Shown one piece after another: positions 26,818 to 39,020 of a stretch of DNA of 64,000 bases. Location of the stretch: NCBI GenBank assembly GCA_963708135.1, contig OY970192.1, forward strand, positions 2,240,001-2,304,000, read 5' to 3'. Under the pieces are notes generated by a model. The model saw only the letters and a program-made list of their open reading frames with translations, made no database searches and was not told the DNA's origin. Every line of letters starts with the position of its first letter. Position 1 is the first letter of the stretch. The DNA comes from an uncultured Gemmatimonadales bacterium. Its GTDB lineage: Bacteria; Gemmatimonadota; Gemmatimonadetes; Longimicrobiales; RSA9. Both the position numbers and the translations under genes were made by a program.

Positions 26818-26837
26818 GTGCCGCAGCCAGTGTCCAG

Positions 26838-26911
26838 TAGCAGGGGCGGGACTCGAACCCGCGACCCCGGCATTATGAGTGCCGTGCTCTAACCAGCTGA
26901 GCTACCCTGCC
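26838..26911 (-). tRNA. tRNA-Met (CAT), elongator type; CCA not encoded
   Basis: GGCAGGGTAGCTCAGCTGGTTAGAGCACGGCACTCATAATGCCGGGGTCGCGGGTTCGAGTCCCGCCCCTGCTA folds as a cloverleaf with anticodon CAT. It lacks initiator features; tRNA-Ile2 is not fully excluded. Confidence 0.95.
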
Positions 26912-26945
26912 GATTGCCTCCGCGCGCCCGCCCGCGAAGCACGAA

Positions 26946-26975
26946 AAAATAGCCCTGCGACGGCTCCCGGGTCAA
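26946..26975 (-). promoter_or_regulatory. sigma70 promoter of tRNA-Met
   Basis: TTGACC-N18-TATTTT on the minus strand. Confidence 0.6.
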
Positions 26976-27010
26976 CCGCGTACCCGCACACGCGCTGGGT
27001 GCCTCTCCCC

Positions 27011-27150
27011 TGTGCGTGTGCGTGTGCGTGTGCGCGCCACCCGGGCGGCTCGCGTCCCTTGCGCGCGCCAGTCCGCGCGCGCCCGTCCCGGCTGTTGCGC
27101 CGCCCCCAGCCCCGAGTCCCGAGTCCCGAGCCCCGAGCCCCCCGAGCCCC
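27011..27150. repeat. Short tandem repeats (TGTGCG)4 and (CCCGAGY)5
   Basis: Hexamer at 27011-27034; heptamer at 27111-27147, the same unit as at 22027. Confidence 0.8.
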
Positions 27151-28814
27151 TAACCCCTCACCCTCACCCCGTCCCCCACCACCACCGCCCCCGCCGCCCC
27201 CCGCCGCGACAGCCGGATCTCGCTCCAGCCGGCGGGAAACGCCCAGGTGCCGAGGGTCGTCCAGGCGCCGCCGCCCGTGCGCTCGTCGACGGTCGCGGTG
27301 GCGAGCGTGTCGCCGGCGGCGGTGACGACGCTGAAGGTCGCGGCTGCGGTGCGGTTGTCGCCGGCGGTCCAGCGTACATCGACGGTGCGGCTGGCCGCGG
27401 CCTCCAGCCGGAAGGAGAAGACGAGCGGGTCGTCGCGGTCGGGGCTGGTGTCGGCCCAGCGGTAGCCGTCGCCGTAGTAGCCCGGCGTCTGGCGGGAGAC
27501 GATCCAGAGCGCGGGTGCATCAGCGCGCGCGTCGGCCGGCTCGTTGCGGCCGTTGCCGTCGTCGACCACGATCTCGCCGCAGTCGCGCTGGACGAGGCCG
27601 ACGTAGTGGACCCACGGCCAGCCGGCGCCGGGGTCGCTCCGGTTCTCCGGCTGGAGCTGTCCATGCCCGACGATGTGCTGCCAGTCGCGCGGAATGTCGT
27701 GGCGCCGGGTGATGTCGCAGACCAGGCGAGCGGACGCGTCGATCTCGCCGGCCGGCCAGGAGGACTGGCTGGCGTAGCCCGCATGCTCGACGCCGACGGT
27801 GAAGTGGTTGCTCTGGACGCCGTTCAGCCAGCAGAGCGCGTCGTGGTTCAGCGTGCAGTCGTAGCGCGCTCCGATGTGCCACGCGCGGTTCTTCTCCGCC
27901 ACCAGCTGCGAGATCTCGCCGCCATCCTCGCTCACGACGTAATGGGCGCTGACCTGTGACGCGGGATCGTCCAGCCAGCTCCAGCACCCGGTGTATGCGC
28001 CCTCGCAGGTGTGGATGATCACCATCCGCGGCACGCCGCTGTCTCCGGCCATCCGCAGGTCGAAGTTGGGCGATGGTCGCCAGAGCGCGCCCGCCTCGTC
28101 GGGCGCGCTGCCCGGCTGCGGGGTCGTATCCGGCGGGGGCGCGGGACAATCGTCGGCCACGTCGCCTTCCGGCGAGGCACCCGCCGCCGCACTCGCCGCG
28201 CTCCGCCGCGGACCCGCGGCCGCGAGGAAGCGGGGCATCACGTCGCGGCGCGCGTATGCGGCTCGCCCCGCCGGCAGCGCGATCCCGCTGAACGCCGCCA
28301 CGACCTCCGCCCACGCCTCCGGCCGGCTCCGGTCGACCCCCGCCGCCCGCGCCTCCGCGTCGAGCAGCGCGGCCGCCGCGCGGATGTTCGCGCGCGCGTC
28401 CCGCCCGGCCGCCTCGCTCGCCACGCCCGCCAGCGCGGCGCCGCGCGCGAGCCGTGGCCCGCGCAGCGCCATCACGCCAAAGGCCGCGGGCCGCCCGCCC
28501 GGCCCCTCCGCCCCCGCCACCATCCGGTCGCGCGTCTCCACCCACGCGATGGCGCGCAGCAGCGCCGCCGGCACGTTGAACTCTCGCCCGGCAGCCGCGA
28601 AGATCGAGTCGTACGGGCTGCCCGGCGGCGCGACGGCCGCCGCGGCGCCGGCCAGGCCGCGGCCGTCCGCACGCACGGCCGCCGCGGCCGGGCACGGCTG
28701 GATCGGAGGAGAGGTCGGGCTGCGGTCGGCGCACGCCCCGAGAACGAGCAGGAGGGCCGCGCCCGGCGCGCGGCGTGCGCTCGCCTGGAGCGCTGCTGAA
28801 AGGGTTCGTGCCAC
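27150..28814 (-). CDS. N-acetylmuramoyl-L-alanine amidase (Amidase_2) with N-terminal lysozyme/SLT-like and C-terminal beta-sandwich domains; probable lipoprotein
   Basis: Lipobox LVLGAC; FNVPAALLRAIAWVETR; IIHTCEG, VSAHYVV, AWHIG, GVEH, IVGH......RSDPG. Start inferred at GTG 28814. Confidence 0.85.
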   Translation of the reverse strand: MARTLSAALQASARRAPGAALLLVLGACADRSPTSPPIQPCPAAAAVRADGRGLAGAAAAVAPPGSPYDSIFAAAGREFNVPAALLRAIAWVETRDRMVAGAEGPGGRPAAFGVMALRGPRLARGAALAGVASEAAGRDARANIRAAAALLDAEARAAGVDRSRPEAWAEVVAAFSGIALPAGRAAYARRDVMPRFLAAAGPRRSAASAAAGASPEGDVADDCPAPPPDTTPQPGSAPDEAGALWRPSPNFDLRMAGDSGVPRMVIIHTCEGAYTGCWSWLDDPASQVSAHYVVSEDGGEISQLVAEKNRAWHIGARYDCTLNHDALCWLNGVQSNHFTVGVEHAGYASQSSWPAGEIDASARLVCDITRRHDIPRDWQHIVGHGQLQPENRSDPGAGWPWVHYVGLVQRDCGEIVVDDGNGRNEPADARADAPALWIVSRQTPGYYGDGYRWADTSPDRDDPLVFSFRLEAAASRTVDVRWTAGDNRTAAATFSVVTAAGDTLATATVDERTGGGAWTTLGTWAFPAGWSEIRLSRRGAAGAVVVGDGVRVRG

Positions 28815-28836
28815 GATTCGACTGCTTCGCCTCTTC

Positions 28837-31227
<2,391 letters not shown>

Positions 31228-31231
<4 letters not shown>

Positions 31232-32229
31232 GTCCGCTCTTCCTCGAAGTGGCGGTACCCGGCGCCGTCGATCGCCTCGAGCCGCCCGTTCGGGCGACGC
31301 AGCACCACGCCCGCTCCCTCGCCCACGCTGCCCACGCGGGTGAGCGGGGTTCCGGTCTCCGCCTCGAACGCGTCGCGGACCGCCTCGACCGCGCCCGGCT
31401 CCGCCGTGAAGCAGAGCTCGTAGTCCTCGCCTCCCGACAGGGCGAGCCGCGCCGCCTGCCCGGCCTCGCGCGCCACGGCGGCGGCCCCGGGGTGCACCGG
31501 CAGCGCCACCTGGTCGAGCACGATGCGTACGCCGCTCGCCGCCGCCAGGTGCCCCGCATCGCCGCCCAGGCCGTCGGAGAGGTCGATCATGGCCCGCGGG
31601 ACGCCTTGCCCGGCCAGCCACAACGCCTCGCGGGTGCGCGGGACGGGATGCGCGAACGCGGCGCGCGCGGCCTCCGGCGCCCGCTCGCCGCGCCGCCAGG
31701 CGAGCACCGCCGCCGCCCCGCCGCCAAGCCGGCCCGTCACCCAGACCTCGTGGCCGGGCCGGGCGCCGGAGCGCAGCACCGGCGCATCCGCGCGGCCCAC
31801 CGCCACGATGTCCAGGGCCAGCGGCCCGGGCGAGCGGACCACATCGCCGCCCAGGAGCACGCCGCCGACCGCGCCGACCGCCTCCTCCACCCCGCGCATC
31901 ACGTCCACCGCCCCGGCATCGAGGTAACCGGGCGGGAGGGCGATGGCGGCCAGCACGCCGATCGGCCGGGCCGCCATCGCGGCCAGGTCGCTGAGCGAGC
32001 CGGCCGCGGCGCGGTAGCCGATCTCGCCGGGCGAGATCCAGTCGCGGCGGAAGTGCACGTCCTCCAGCGACAGGTCCGCGCTGATCGCGATGCCGTCCCC
32101 GACCACCGCGCAGTCGTCGCCGGGACCGACCCGCACGCCGGGTCCGTCCCCCGCCGCGCGCTCGAGGAAGCGGCGGATCAGGTCGAACTCGGCGCCCGGC
32201 CCGAGACCGGGGATGGCGGGTCCCGACAT
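31228..32229 (-). CDS. thiL: Thiamine-monophosphate kinase
   Basis: EFDLIRRF, GPGDDCAV, EDVHF, SLSDLAAM, GGD, MIDLSDGL..D..HLA.AS, ALSGGEDYELCFT. Confidence 0.94.
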
Positions 32230-32243
32230 CGGCGTATCCCCCT

Positions 32244-33947
32244 TCAGTGTCTCCAGCGCAGGCGCACGGCGCCCCCGGGTGTCGCGGCCCAGACATCGTC
32301 GCCGGCCGGAAGCACGGCCACCACGGGGCCCACCGGCAGGTCGGGGCCGACCGCGTACGTGGTCCACGTGCGCAGCGCCGCATCCCAGCGGGCCAGGCCG
32401 CCGGCTTCCGCCACCCAGAGCTGCCCGTCGGCCGCGGCCAGCGCGAGCCCGCGGCCGAGCCGGCCCACCGCCGCCGCCGCGACCGGCTGCCAGCCGGCCG
32501 CATCGTGGCGGTAGAGGCCGTCCGGTCCGAGCGCCCAGAGCGCCCCCGCCGCCGGCACGGCGTCCAGGATCCGGCCCCGAAGCGGCACCGCGTCCTCCGT
32601 CCCCGGCCCCCGCTCCGCGGCGATCCCCGTGCCGGCACGCGCTCCACCGGAGGCGACGCTGTCCCGCGGCGCTGTACCGGCGCTGTCCGCCGCGTGCGCG
32701 CCCGCGGGCCATGCCGCCGCCCGGGCGGGCGCGTCGGGCAGCATCCACAGCCCGGCGTCCGTCGCGATCCAGAGGGTGTCCCCGGCCAGGCGCAGCCGGT
32801 TCACGGCCGCGCCGCGCAGCGAGACGCCGCGCGTCTCTCCGTCCGGCCCGACGAGCGCCAGCCCCTCGCGGGTGCCCACCCACACCGCGCCGCCGCCCGC
32901 CGGGGCGAGCGCACCGACCCGGTCGAGCGGCAGCGGCCCCGCGTCCGGGATGCGGTGGAAGCCGCCCCGGCCGCGATCCAGCCGGTAGAGCCCGTCGCCG
33001 GCCGCAAACCACACGGCGTCCTGGAGCGGGAGCACGGCGTGCACGGCGCCCGCGGGCGCCCCGTCGTAACGGGCATCCCACTGCCTCCATGTGCCGAGCG
33101 CGGTGTCCGCCCACGCCACGCCGGCCTCGGGGCCCCGCCCGTCGCCACCGAACCAAATGCCGCCGCCGTCTGCCGCCAGCGCCGACGCGCCGACGCTCTC
33201 CAGCCCGTAAGGCAGCCGCCGGCTCTCCAGCGTACGGGAGTCGAAGGCGAAGAGCCCTCCCCCCGCCGTGCCGGCCCAGTATCGCCCCGGCTCCTCCGCC
33301 GGCGTCACGGCGGTCAGCGACCAGCGGCGCATGTGCTCGTCCACGCCAATCGTGCCCAGTGCGGCCGAGAGCGCGGGATCCGTGTCCGCGTAGCCGCTCA
33401 GGATGTCGCGGGCGCGGGCCTGCACCCCGCCCGGCACCCGGGCGGGCGGCACGGGATCGGCGATGAAGGAGCCGGACGGGAGCGCGAACCAGCCGGCGCG
33501 GGTGTAGAGGAAGAGGGTGCCGCCGAGGCCGGTCGTGTCGAAGACGAGCGCGAGGACCGGCGCGGCGGGGATCGTCGCCTTCCGGTCCCAGCGGCCGAAG
33601 GCGGTGGTGTAGGTGTAGAGCCCGCCCTCGGCCGTGGCCATCCAGACGCGGTCGCCGAACCGCTCGTACGCGAGCGCGGTCGGGTGCTCCCCCGCCGGGA
33701 AGCCGTCCACGGCCGTGACGGGCGCATCCCAGGCGGCATCGACGAAGTCGTAGATCCCGATCCCGCCGGGCGACGCCGCGTACACCCTCCGGTCATCGCG
33801 GGTGAGCGCGCCGATGTCGGAGAGACGAGTGACCACGACCCGCTCGCCCGGGCGCCACAACCGGCCGCTCTGTGCCCGCGCGGGCGCGCGGCACAGCGCC
33901 AGCGCCGCGCCCAGGGCGAGAATCCTGTGGAAGGAGGCGTGCGCCAC
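32244..33947 (-). CDS. Hypothetical secreted beta-propeller protein
   Basis: Signal peptide ARA|Q and about 10 repeats of (V/L)W.(A/G)T..G(L). Confidence 0.75.
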   Translation of the reverse strand: MAHASFHRILALGAALALCRAPARAQSGRLWRPGERVVVTRLSDIGALTRDDRRVYAASPGGIGIYDFVDAAWDAPVTAVDGFPAGEHPTALAYERFGDRVWMATAEGGLYTYTTAFGRWDRKATIPAAPVLALVFDTTGLGGTLFLYTRAGWFALPSGSFIADPVPPARVPGGVQARARDILSGYADTDPALSAALGTIGVDEHMRRWSLTAVTPAEEPGRYWAGTAGGGLFAFDSRTLESRRLPYGLESVGASALAADGGGIWFGGDGRGPEAGVAWADTALGTWRQWDARYDGAPAGAVHAVLPLQDAVWFAAGDGLYRLDRGRGGFHRIPDAGPLPLDRVGALAPAGGGAVWVGTREGLALVGPDGETRGVSLRGAAVNRLRLAGDTLWIATDAGLWMLPDAPARAAAWPAGAHAADSAGTAPRDSVASGGARAGTGIAAERGPGTEDAVPLRGRILDAVPAAGALWALGPDGLYRHDAAGWQPVAAAAVGRLGRGLALAAADGQLWVAEAGGLARWDAALRTWTTYAVGPDLPVGPVVAVLPAGDDVWAATPGGAVRLRWRH

Positions 33948-33959
33948 CGGTCGGGGGCC

Positions 33960-35525
33960 TCAGTGCCTCGGCGGCTGTTCGAAGCGCACGAACGGCAGCC
34001 CGATCGGCGGCACGGTCGGGCCCGGATCCGCCAGCGCCGCCGGCATCGCATCCGAGATGTCGCGCGGGGAGAGGGAGCGGCCGAGGTCCGCGAGGTCGGC
34101 GGCGCGCCCGCCGTAGAAGAGCCCGAGCGCCGCCGCCGTGCGCGGGTCGGCCCCGGCGCCGAGCAGGGCGACGATCGTCCCCGCGAGCTGGTCGCCCATC
34201 CCCGCGCTGGCCAGATCCGACGACCCCACCCCCGCCACGAGCACCCGCGCGCCCGGCGCCGCCACCACGCTCGGCTGCCCCTTGAGCAGCACCACGCAGC
34301 CGTTCGACTCCGCCACCCCGCGCGCCACGCCGACCGGGTCCGCCGTGATCTCCCCCACCGCCCGGCCGGTGAGCCGGCCGAGCTCCACCGGGTGCGGCGT
34401 GATCACCAGCGGGCGCCCGGCCGCGACCTCCGGCAGCGAGAAGGCCCCCGCCGCGATCGCGTTCAGCGCGTCCGCATCCAGCACCGTCGGCACGCCGCGT
34501 CCGCCCTCCAGCGCCCGCCGCAGCGCGGCCACGGCGCCCTCGTCCGTGCCGAGCCCCGGCCCGGCCAGCAGCGCCGCGACGCCATCCATGTCCAGCGCGT
34601 CCGCCTCCTCACGGGCGCGAAAGACCGCGTCCGGCACGAGCGCCTGGAGCACCGGCCGGTTGCCCTCGGGCGAGACGAGCCGCACGAGCCCGGCGCCCGC
34701 GCGCTGCGCCGCCTCCCCCGCGATCGCCGCCGCCCCGGCCATTCCCACGCCGCCCACCAGCAGGACGACCCGCCCCGCCGTCCCCTTGTGCGCGTCCGCC
34801 GGCCGCCGCGGCAGCCGCGCCGCCGCCCAATCCGGCGTGATCACCGCCGCGCCGGCGCCATCTGCCGCCAGCGGTGGGAAGCCGATCTCCACCGCGAGCA
34901 GCCGGCCGCAGTGCTGGCGCGCCGGCTGCAGCAGCAGCCCGAGCTTGGGCGCGCCGAAGCTCACGGTCGCGGCCGCCTGCACCGCGTTCCCCGGCACGCC
35001 GCCCGTGCTGGGATCGATACCCGATGGAAGGTCCAGAGCGACAATCGGCCGGCCGCTCCCGTTCAGCGCCGCGATCAGCTCCGCCGTCGCGCCGCGCGCG
35101 GCGCCGCGGGCGCCCGTGCCGAGCAGCCCGTCGAGCAGCACGGCTGCGCCCGCGAAGGCGAGCACCGCCTGGTCACGTGGAAGACGCCGGATGTCGTGGT
35201 CGTGGAAGGGGGCGGGATCGGGAAACCGGTCGGAGGCGAGGACGTAGGAGACCTCGCGGCCCCACGTGTGGAGCGTCCGCAGCGCCACGAGCGCATCGCC
35301 GCCGTTGTGGCCGGCCCCCACGGCGGCCACCACGGGCCCGCGCGGCCACAGCCGCGCGACGACTTCAGCCGCGGCCCGCCCGGCGTTCTCCATGAGCACG
35401 CGCTCGGGGATGCCGGACGTCTCACGGGCCGCGCGGTCCCACGCCGCCGCCTCCGCGGCGGTGGGGAGCGCGACATCCTCGCGGCCGTAGACCTCCGACC
35501 CTGCCCAGGCGCTCTCCCCGCGCAT
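33960..35525 (-). CDS. nnr: Bifunctional NAD(P)HX epimerase/dehydratase (YjeF)
   Basis: LMENAG, GAGHNGGDA, DGLLGTG, DLPSG; HKG, GAGLV, GPGLG, VLDADAL, ITPH..E, AGMGD.LAG. Confidence 0.93.
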   Translation of the reverse strand: MRGESAWAGSEVYGREDVALPTAAEAAAWDRAARETSGIPERVLMENAGRAAAEVVARLWPRGPVVAAVGAGHNGGDALVALRTLHTWGREVSYVLASDRFPDPAPFHDHDIRRLPRDQAVLAFAGAAVLLDGLLGTGARGAARGATAELIAALNGSGRPIVALDLPSGIDPSTGGVPGNAVQAAATVSFGAPKLGLLLQPARQHCGRLLAVEIGFPPLAADGAGAAVITPDWAAARLPRRPADAHKGTAGRVVLLVGGVGMAGAAAIAGEAAQRAGAGLVRLVSPEGNRPVLQALVPDAVFRAREEADALDMDGVAALLAGPGLGTDEGAVAALRRALEGGRGVPTVLDADALNAIAAGAFSLPEVAAGRPLVITPHPVELGRLTGRAVGEITADPVGVARGVAESNGCVVLLKGQPSVVAAPGARVLVAGVGSSDLASAGMGDQLAGTIVALLGAGADPRTAAALGLFYGGRAADLADLGRSLSPRDISDAMPAALADPGPTVPPIGLPFVRFEQPPRH

Positions 35526-35592
35526 CACGTAGTTGTCCTGAGAAGCCCGTTCGGTAGGCGCCGCCGCCCGTCCGATCCCGAGCCGACCCCGA

Positions 35593-35799
35593 CTACTTGT
35601 AGCTCTGGCCGATCGTCCGACCGAAGCTGATCTCGCCGTTGTCGATGCGGATGTTGAATCCGCAGTCGGGGTTGGAGCAGACCCACGCCTTGTACGTGAT
35701 CGGTGCCCCGTCGCGCCCGTAGTCGGACAGCGGAAGCATGTGCCCGCTCCCGCACTTCATGCACTGCGGGAACGGCGCCGGTGCGTTGTCGACCGCCAT
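35593..35799 (-). CDS. Small zinc-ribbon-like protein (68 aa)
   Basis: CMKC...WVCSNPDC; purine-rich RBS (GAGGGGAG); GC3-biased codons. Confidence 0.8.
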   Translation of the reverse strand: MAVDNAPAPFPQCMKCGSGHMLPLSDYGRDGAPITYKAWVCSNPDCGFNIRIDNGEISFGRTIGQSYK

Positions 35800-35881
35800 C
35801 TCTCTCCCCTCCCCTCTGCAGGGACCCCTGGGCCGCGGGCCCGCGGCCGCTCCCTCGACTCGGAGCCCTCGGCAGGCTCAA

Positions 35882-35898
35882 CGCAAAGCACGTTCCAG
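35882..35898 (-). promoter_or_regulatory. sigma54-like -24/-12 motif upstream of the zinc-ribbon gene
   Basis: Minus strand CTGGAACG-TGCT-TTGCG. Confidence 0.6.
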
Positions 35899-35948
35899 CC
35901 AACCCGCCGCCCACTCCACGGGGTGAGGACGGCCGCGCGGGCGGAGCC

Positions 35949-36329
35949 TCAGAGATCGGCGCCCCACGGGTAGTCCCGGTCGAAGGCGTCGTCGAAGTCG
36001 AAGACGTCCTCGAAGTCGCCGGGGTCGTCATCATCCTGCTTGATGAGAATGCCCGTCTCAACCAGGGCGAAGACCAGCTTCCCGACATCGGCCGTCGAGC
36101 ACACGCCCCAGTACTCGAGCACCGTGCGCGCCATCGGGCCGAACCGTTCCAGCGCCAGGTCGCGGACCCCGCCGGCCAGCTCCGGGCCCGTGATGTGGCG
36201 GGGCTCCGGCAGCCGCTCGAGCACGTAGTGGAGGGCGGAGAGCACGAAGAGGTAGGCCGTCTCCTGGTAGCGCGGATAGCGCTCCCGCAGCCGGTCCATC
36301 ACTTCCTCGTCGAGAATCATCCCGCCCAT
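35949..36329 (-). CDS. Minf_1886-family uncharacterised protein
   Basis: RY..TAYLFV..AL, RHITG.EL, A.ERFG.MA.TVL..WG...T.D.G..VF.LV, DF.DVFDF. Confidence 0.8.
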   Translation of the reverse strand: MGGMILDEEVMDRLRERYPRYQETAYLFVLSALHYVLERLPEPRHITGPELAGGVRDLALERFGPMARTVLEYWGVCSTADVGKLVFALVETGILIKQDDDDPGDFEDVFDFDDAFDRDYPWGADL

Positions 36330-36521
36330 GATCGCTCACTCCACCGGTGCCCGCTTGCGCGACCCGGAGCGCCGCCTCGCGGCCGCCCGGGCCGGGCCCC
36401 CGCCCTTCGGCCCACGAGCGGCGCGCGCCCCTGCGGGCGCGCGCCCACCCGTGGAATCTGGTCGGCGAGGGTGTGATTCGCCAGGGGAGCGACGCCCGCG
36501 GGAGGGCGCCCGCGCCGCGCG

Positions 36522-37796
36522 TCAGGGGGCGGGCGGGGGGTACTCCTCATAGATCGGGAACGCGCGGCAGAGCTCGTCCACGGCGCCGCGCACGCGCTCC
36601 GCGACCGCGGCGTCCGCGGGCGCATCGAGGACCTCCGCCATCCAGCCCCCGATGCGGCGCATCTCCTGCGGTCCCATGCCGCGCGTCGTGAGCGCGGCGG
36701 TGCCGATCCGGATCCCCGAGGTCACGAACGGCGAGCGCGTCTCGCCTGGCACGGTGTTCTTGTTCACCGTCATGAGCGCGCGGTGGAGCGCCTCCTCCGC
36801 CGCCTTGCCCGTGAGCTCTCCGCGGGCCCGCAAATCCACCAGCAGCAGGTGGTTGTCCGTGCCCCCGCTCACCAGGTCGTAGCCGCGCTCCTGCAGCGTG
36901 GCCGCCAGCGCGCGCGCGTTCTCCACCACGCGCGCCGCGTACGCCGCGAACGTGGGCGCCTGCGCCTCCCGGAAGGCCACCGCCTTGGCCGCGATCACGT
37001 GCATCAGCGGCCCGCCCTGGATGCCCGGGAAGATCTCCTTGTCGATGGCCCTGGCCAGCTCCTCGCGGCACAGGATGAACCCGCTGCGCGGCCCCCGCAG
37101 CGTCTTGTGCGCCGTGGACGTGACGATGTCCGCGTGCGGTACCGGGCTCGGGTGCACCCCGCCCGCCACCAGCCCGGCGATGTGGGCCATGTCCACCATG
37201 AGCAAGGCATCCACCTCGCGCGCGATCTCGGCGAACGTGTGGAACTCGATCACCCGCGGGTACGCGCTCGCGCCGGCGACGATCACCTTCGGCCGCTCCC
37301 GCCGCGCCAGCTCGCGCACCTGGTCGTAGTCGATCCGCCCTTCTTCCTCCCGCACCCCGTACGCCACCACGTTGTAGAGCTGGCCGCTGAAGTTCACCGG
37401 CGAGCCGTGGGTGAGATGGCCCCCATGCGTCAGGCTCATCCCGAGCAGCGTGTCCCCCGGCTTCATGACCGCCATGTAGGACGCCATGTTGGCCTGCGCC
37501 CCGCTGTGCGGCTGCACGTTCGCGTGCGCCGCGCCGAACAGCTCGCACGCGCGCGCCCGCGCCAGCTCCTCGGCCACGTCCACCCACTCGCAGCCGCCGT
37601 AGTAGCGCCTCCCCGGATAGCCCTCCGCGTACTTGTTGTTCAGCACGCTGCCGAGCGCCTCCAGCACCGCCTGCGAGACGAAGTTCTCGCTGGCGATCAG
37701 CTCCAGGTAGCGGTTCTGCCGCCGCGCCTCCTGGAGGATCGATTGGTGGATCTCCGGATCCGTGGCGCGCAGCGCGCCGAGGAACGCCTCGCTCAT
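36522..37796 (-). CDS. glyA: Serine hydroxymethyltransferase
   Basis: [65 protein letters not shown]. Confidence 0.98.
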   Translation of the reverse strand: MSEAFLGALRATDPEIHQSILQEARRQNRYLELIASENFVSQAVLEALGSVLNNKYAEGYPGRRYYGGCEWVDVAEELARARACELFGAAHANVQPHSGAQANMASYMAVMKPGDTLLGMSLTHGGHLTHGSPVNFSGQLYNVVAYGVREEEGRIDYDQVRELARRERPKVIVAGASAYPRVIEFHTFAEIAREVDALLMVDMAHIAGLVAGGVHPSPVPHADIVTSTAHKTLRGPRSGFILCREELARAIDKEIFPGIQGGPLMHVIAAKAVAFREAQAPTFAAYAARVVENARALAATLQERGYDLVSGGTDNHLLLVDLRARGELTGKAAEEALHRALMTVNKNTVPGETRSPFVTSGIRIGTAALTTRGMGPQEMRRIGGWMAEVLDAPADAAVAERVRGAVDELCRAFPIYEEYPPPAP

Positions 37797-37816
37797 GCTC
37801 CTCCCGTCAGAACCTT

Positions 37817-37870
37817 ACCCTTACCCACACCCTTACCCATACCCTCACCCCCACCCTCACCCCCACCCTC
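37817..37870. repeat. (ACCCNN)9 hexamer tandem repeat
   Basis: ACCCTT ACCCAC ACCCTT ACCCAT ACCCTC ACCCCC ACCCTC ACCCCC ACCCTC, just upstream of glyA. Confidence 0.8.
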
Positions 37871-37923
37871 CCAATGCGAATTCGACCCCCACCTCCCCCC
37901 GCCACCTCCCCGCGGTCTCCCTC

Positions 37924-38979
37924 CTACACCCACGTCCGCTGGATCGCACCCACCTGCTCGATGCGGCGCTCCGCGAGCTTGTCCGCGGCCACGTGCGTCG
38001 GCACGCCCTGCTCCTTCGAGATCTCGAACAGCTGGCGCAGCGTCTCGTAGATCTCGCCGGCCTTGCGCTTCGCCCGCTCCGCGGTCCAGTCGTTCAGCTC
38101 GCCGTAGACGTTGATCAGCCCGCCCGCGTTGATCACGTAGTCCGGCGCGTAGAGGACGCCGCGGGCGTCGAGCTCGTCCCCGTGGCGTTCCTCCGCCAGC
38201 ACGTTGTTGGCCGCGCCGGCGATGATCTCGAACCCGAGCCGCGGCAGCGTCCGGTCGTTGACCACCGCGCCCAGCGCGCACGGGGAGAAGACCTGCGCAT
38301 CGACCGTGTAGATCTCCTCCGGCGCCACGGCCTCCGCGCCGAGCTCGGAGACGACCCGCTTCACGCGCTCCTCGTCGATGTCGGTCACGCTCAGCGTGGC
38401 CCCCTCCTCGGCCAGGTGCCGGCACAGGTAGTAGCCGACGTGGCCCAGCCCCTGGACGGCGAAGCTGACGCCCTCGAGGGAGTCGTCGCCGTACTTCTCC
38501 AGCGCGCACGCCTTGATCCCGCGGTACACTCCGTAGGCCGTGACCGGGGAGGGATCCCCGGACCGCCCGGCGATGCCGCTCACGTGCTCGGTCTCCATGT
38601 GCACGTAGTCCATGTCCTCGACGCTCGTGCCCACGTCCTCCGCCGTGATGTAGCGCCCGCCGAGCGACTCGACGAAGCGCCCGTGCGCCCGGAACACCAG
38701 CTCGCGGCGCGGCGTCTTCGGATCACCGATGATGACCGCCTTGCCGCCACCGAGGTTGAGCCCGGCCACCGCCGCCTTGTACGTCATGCCGCGCGAGAGC
38801 CTGAGCACGTCGACCAGCGCCTCGAGATCGCTGCGGTAGTTCCAGAAGCGCGTGCCGCCGAGCGCGGGGCCGAGCGTCGTGTCATGGATCGCGATGATCC
38901 CGCGGTAGCCCGCCACCGGCTCGTTCCAGAACACCACCTGCTCGTGCCCGTGCTCCGCAATCAGATCGAAGATTTCCAT
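37924..38979 (-). CDS. Leucine dehydrogenase (Glu/Leu/Phe/Val dehydrogenase family)
   Basis: HEQVV, IAIHDTTLGPALGGTR, RGMTYK, GGGKAVI, YITAEDVG, SGDPSPVTAYG, QGLGHVG, GAANN. Confidence 0.94.
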   Translation of the reverse strand: MEIFDLIAEHGHEQVVFWNEPVAGYRGIIAIHDTTLGPALGGTRFWNYRSDLEALVDVLRLSRGMTYKAAVAGLNLGGGKAVIIGDPKTPRRELVFRAHGRFVESLGGRYITAEDVGTSVEDMDYVHMETEHVSGIAGRSGDPSPVTAYGVYRGIKACALEKYGDDSLEGVSFAVQGLGHVGYYLCRHLAEEGATLSVTDIDEERVKRVVSELGAEAVAPEEIYTVDAQVFSPCALGAVVNDRTLPRLGFEIIAGAANNVLAEERHGDELDARGVLYAPDYVINAGGLINVYGELNDWTAERAKRKAGEIYETLRQLFEISKEQGVPTHVAADKLAERRIEQVGAIQRTWV

Positions 38980-39020
38980 GGTGTCTCCAGATGCGCCTTC
39001 CAGCGTCGGAAGGATCTCGT

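Noticed and set aside
36455..36500. ZMP/ZTP (pfl) riboswitch-like CCAGGGGAGCG near glyA
   Set aside because: Wrong strand, downstream of glyA, and lacks the GACTGGCG and 3' CGCCTGGGC elements.
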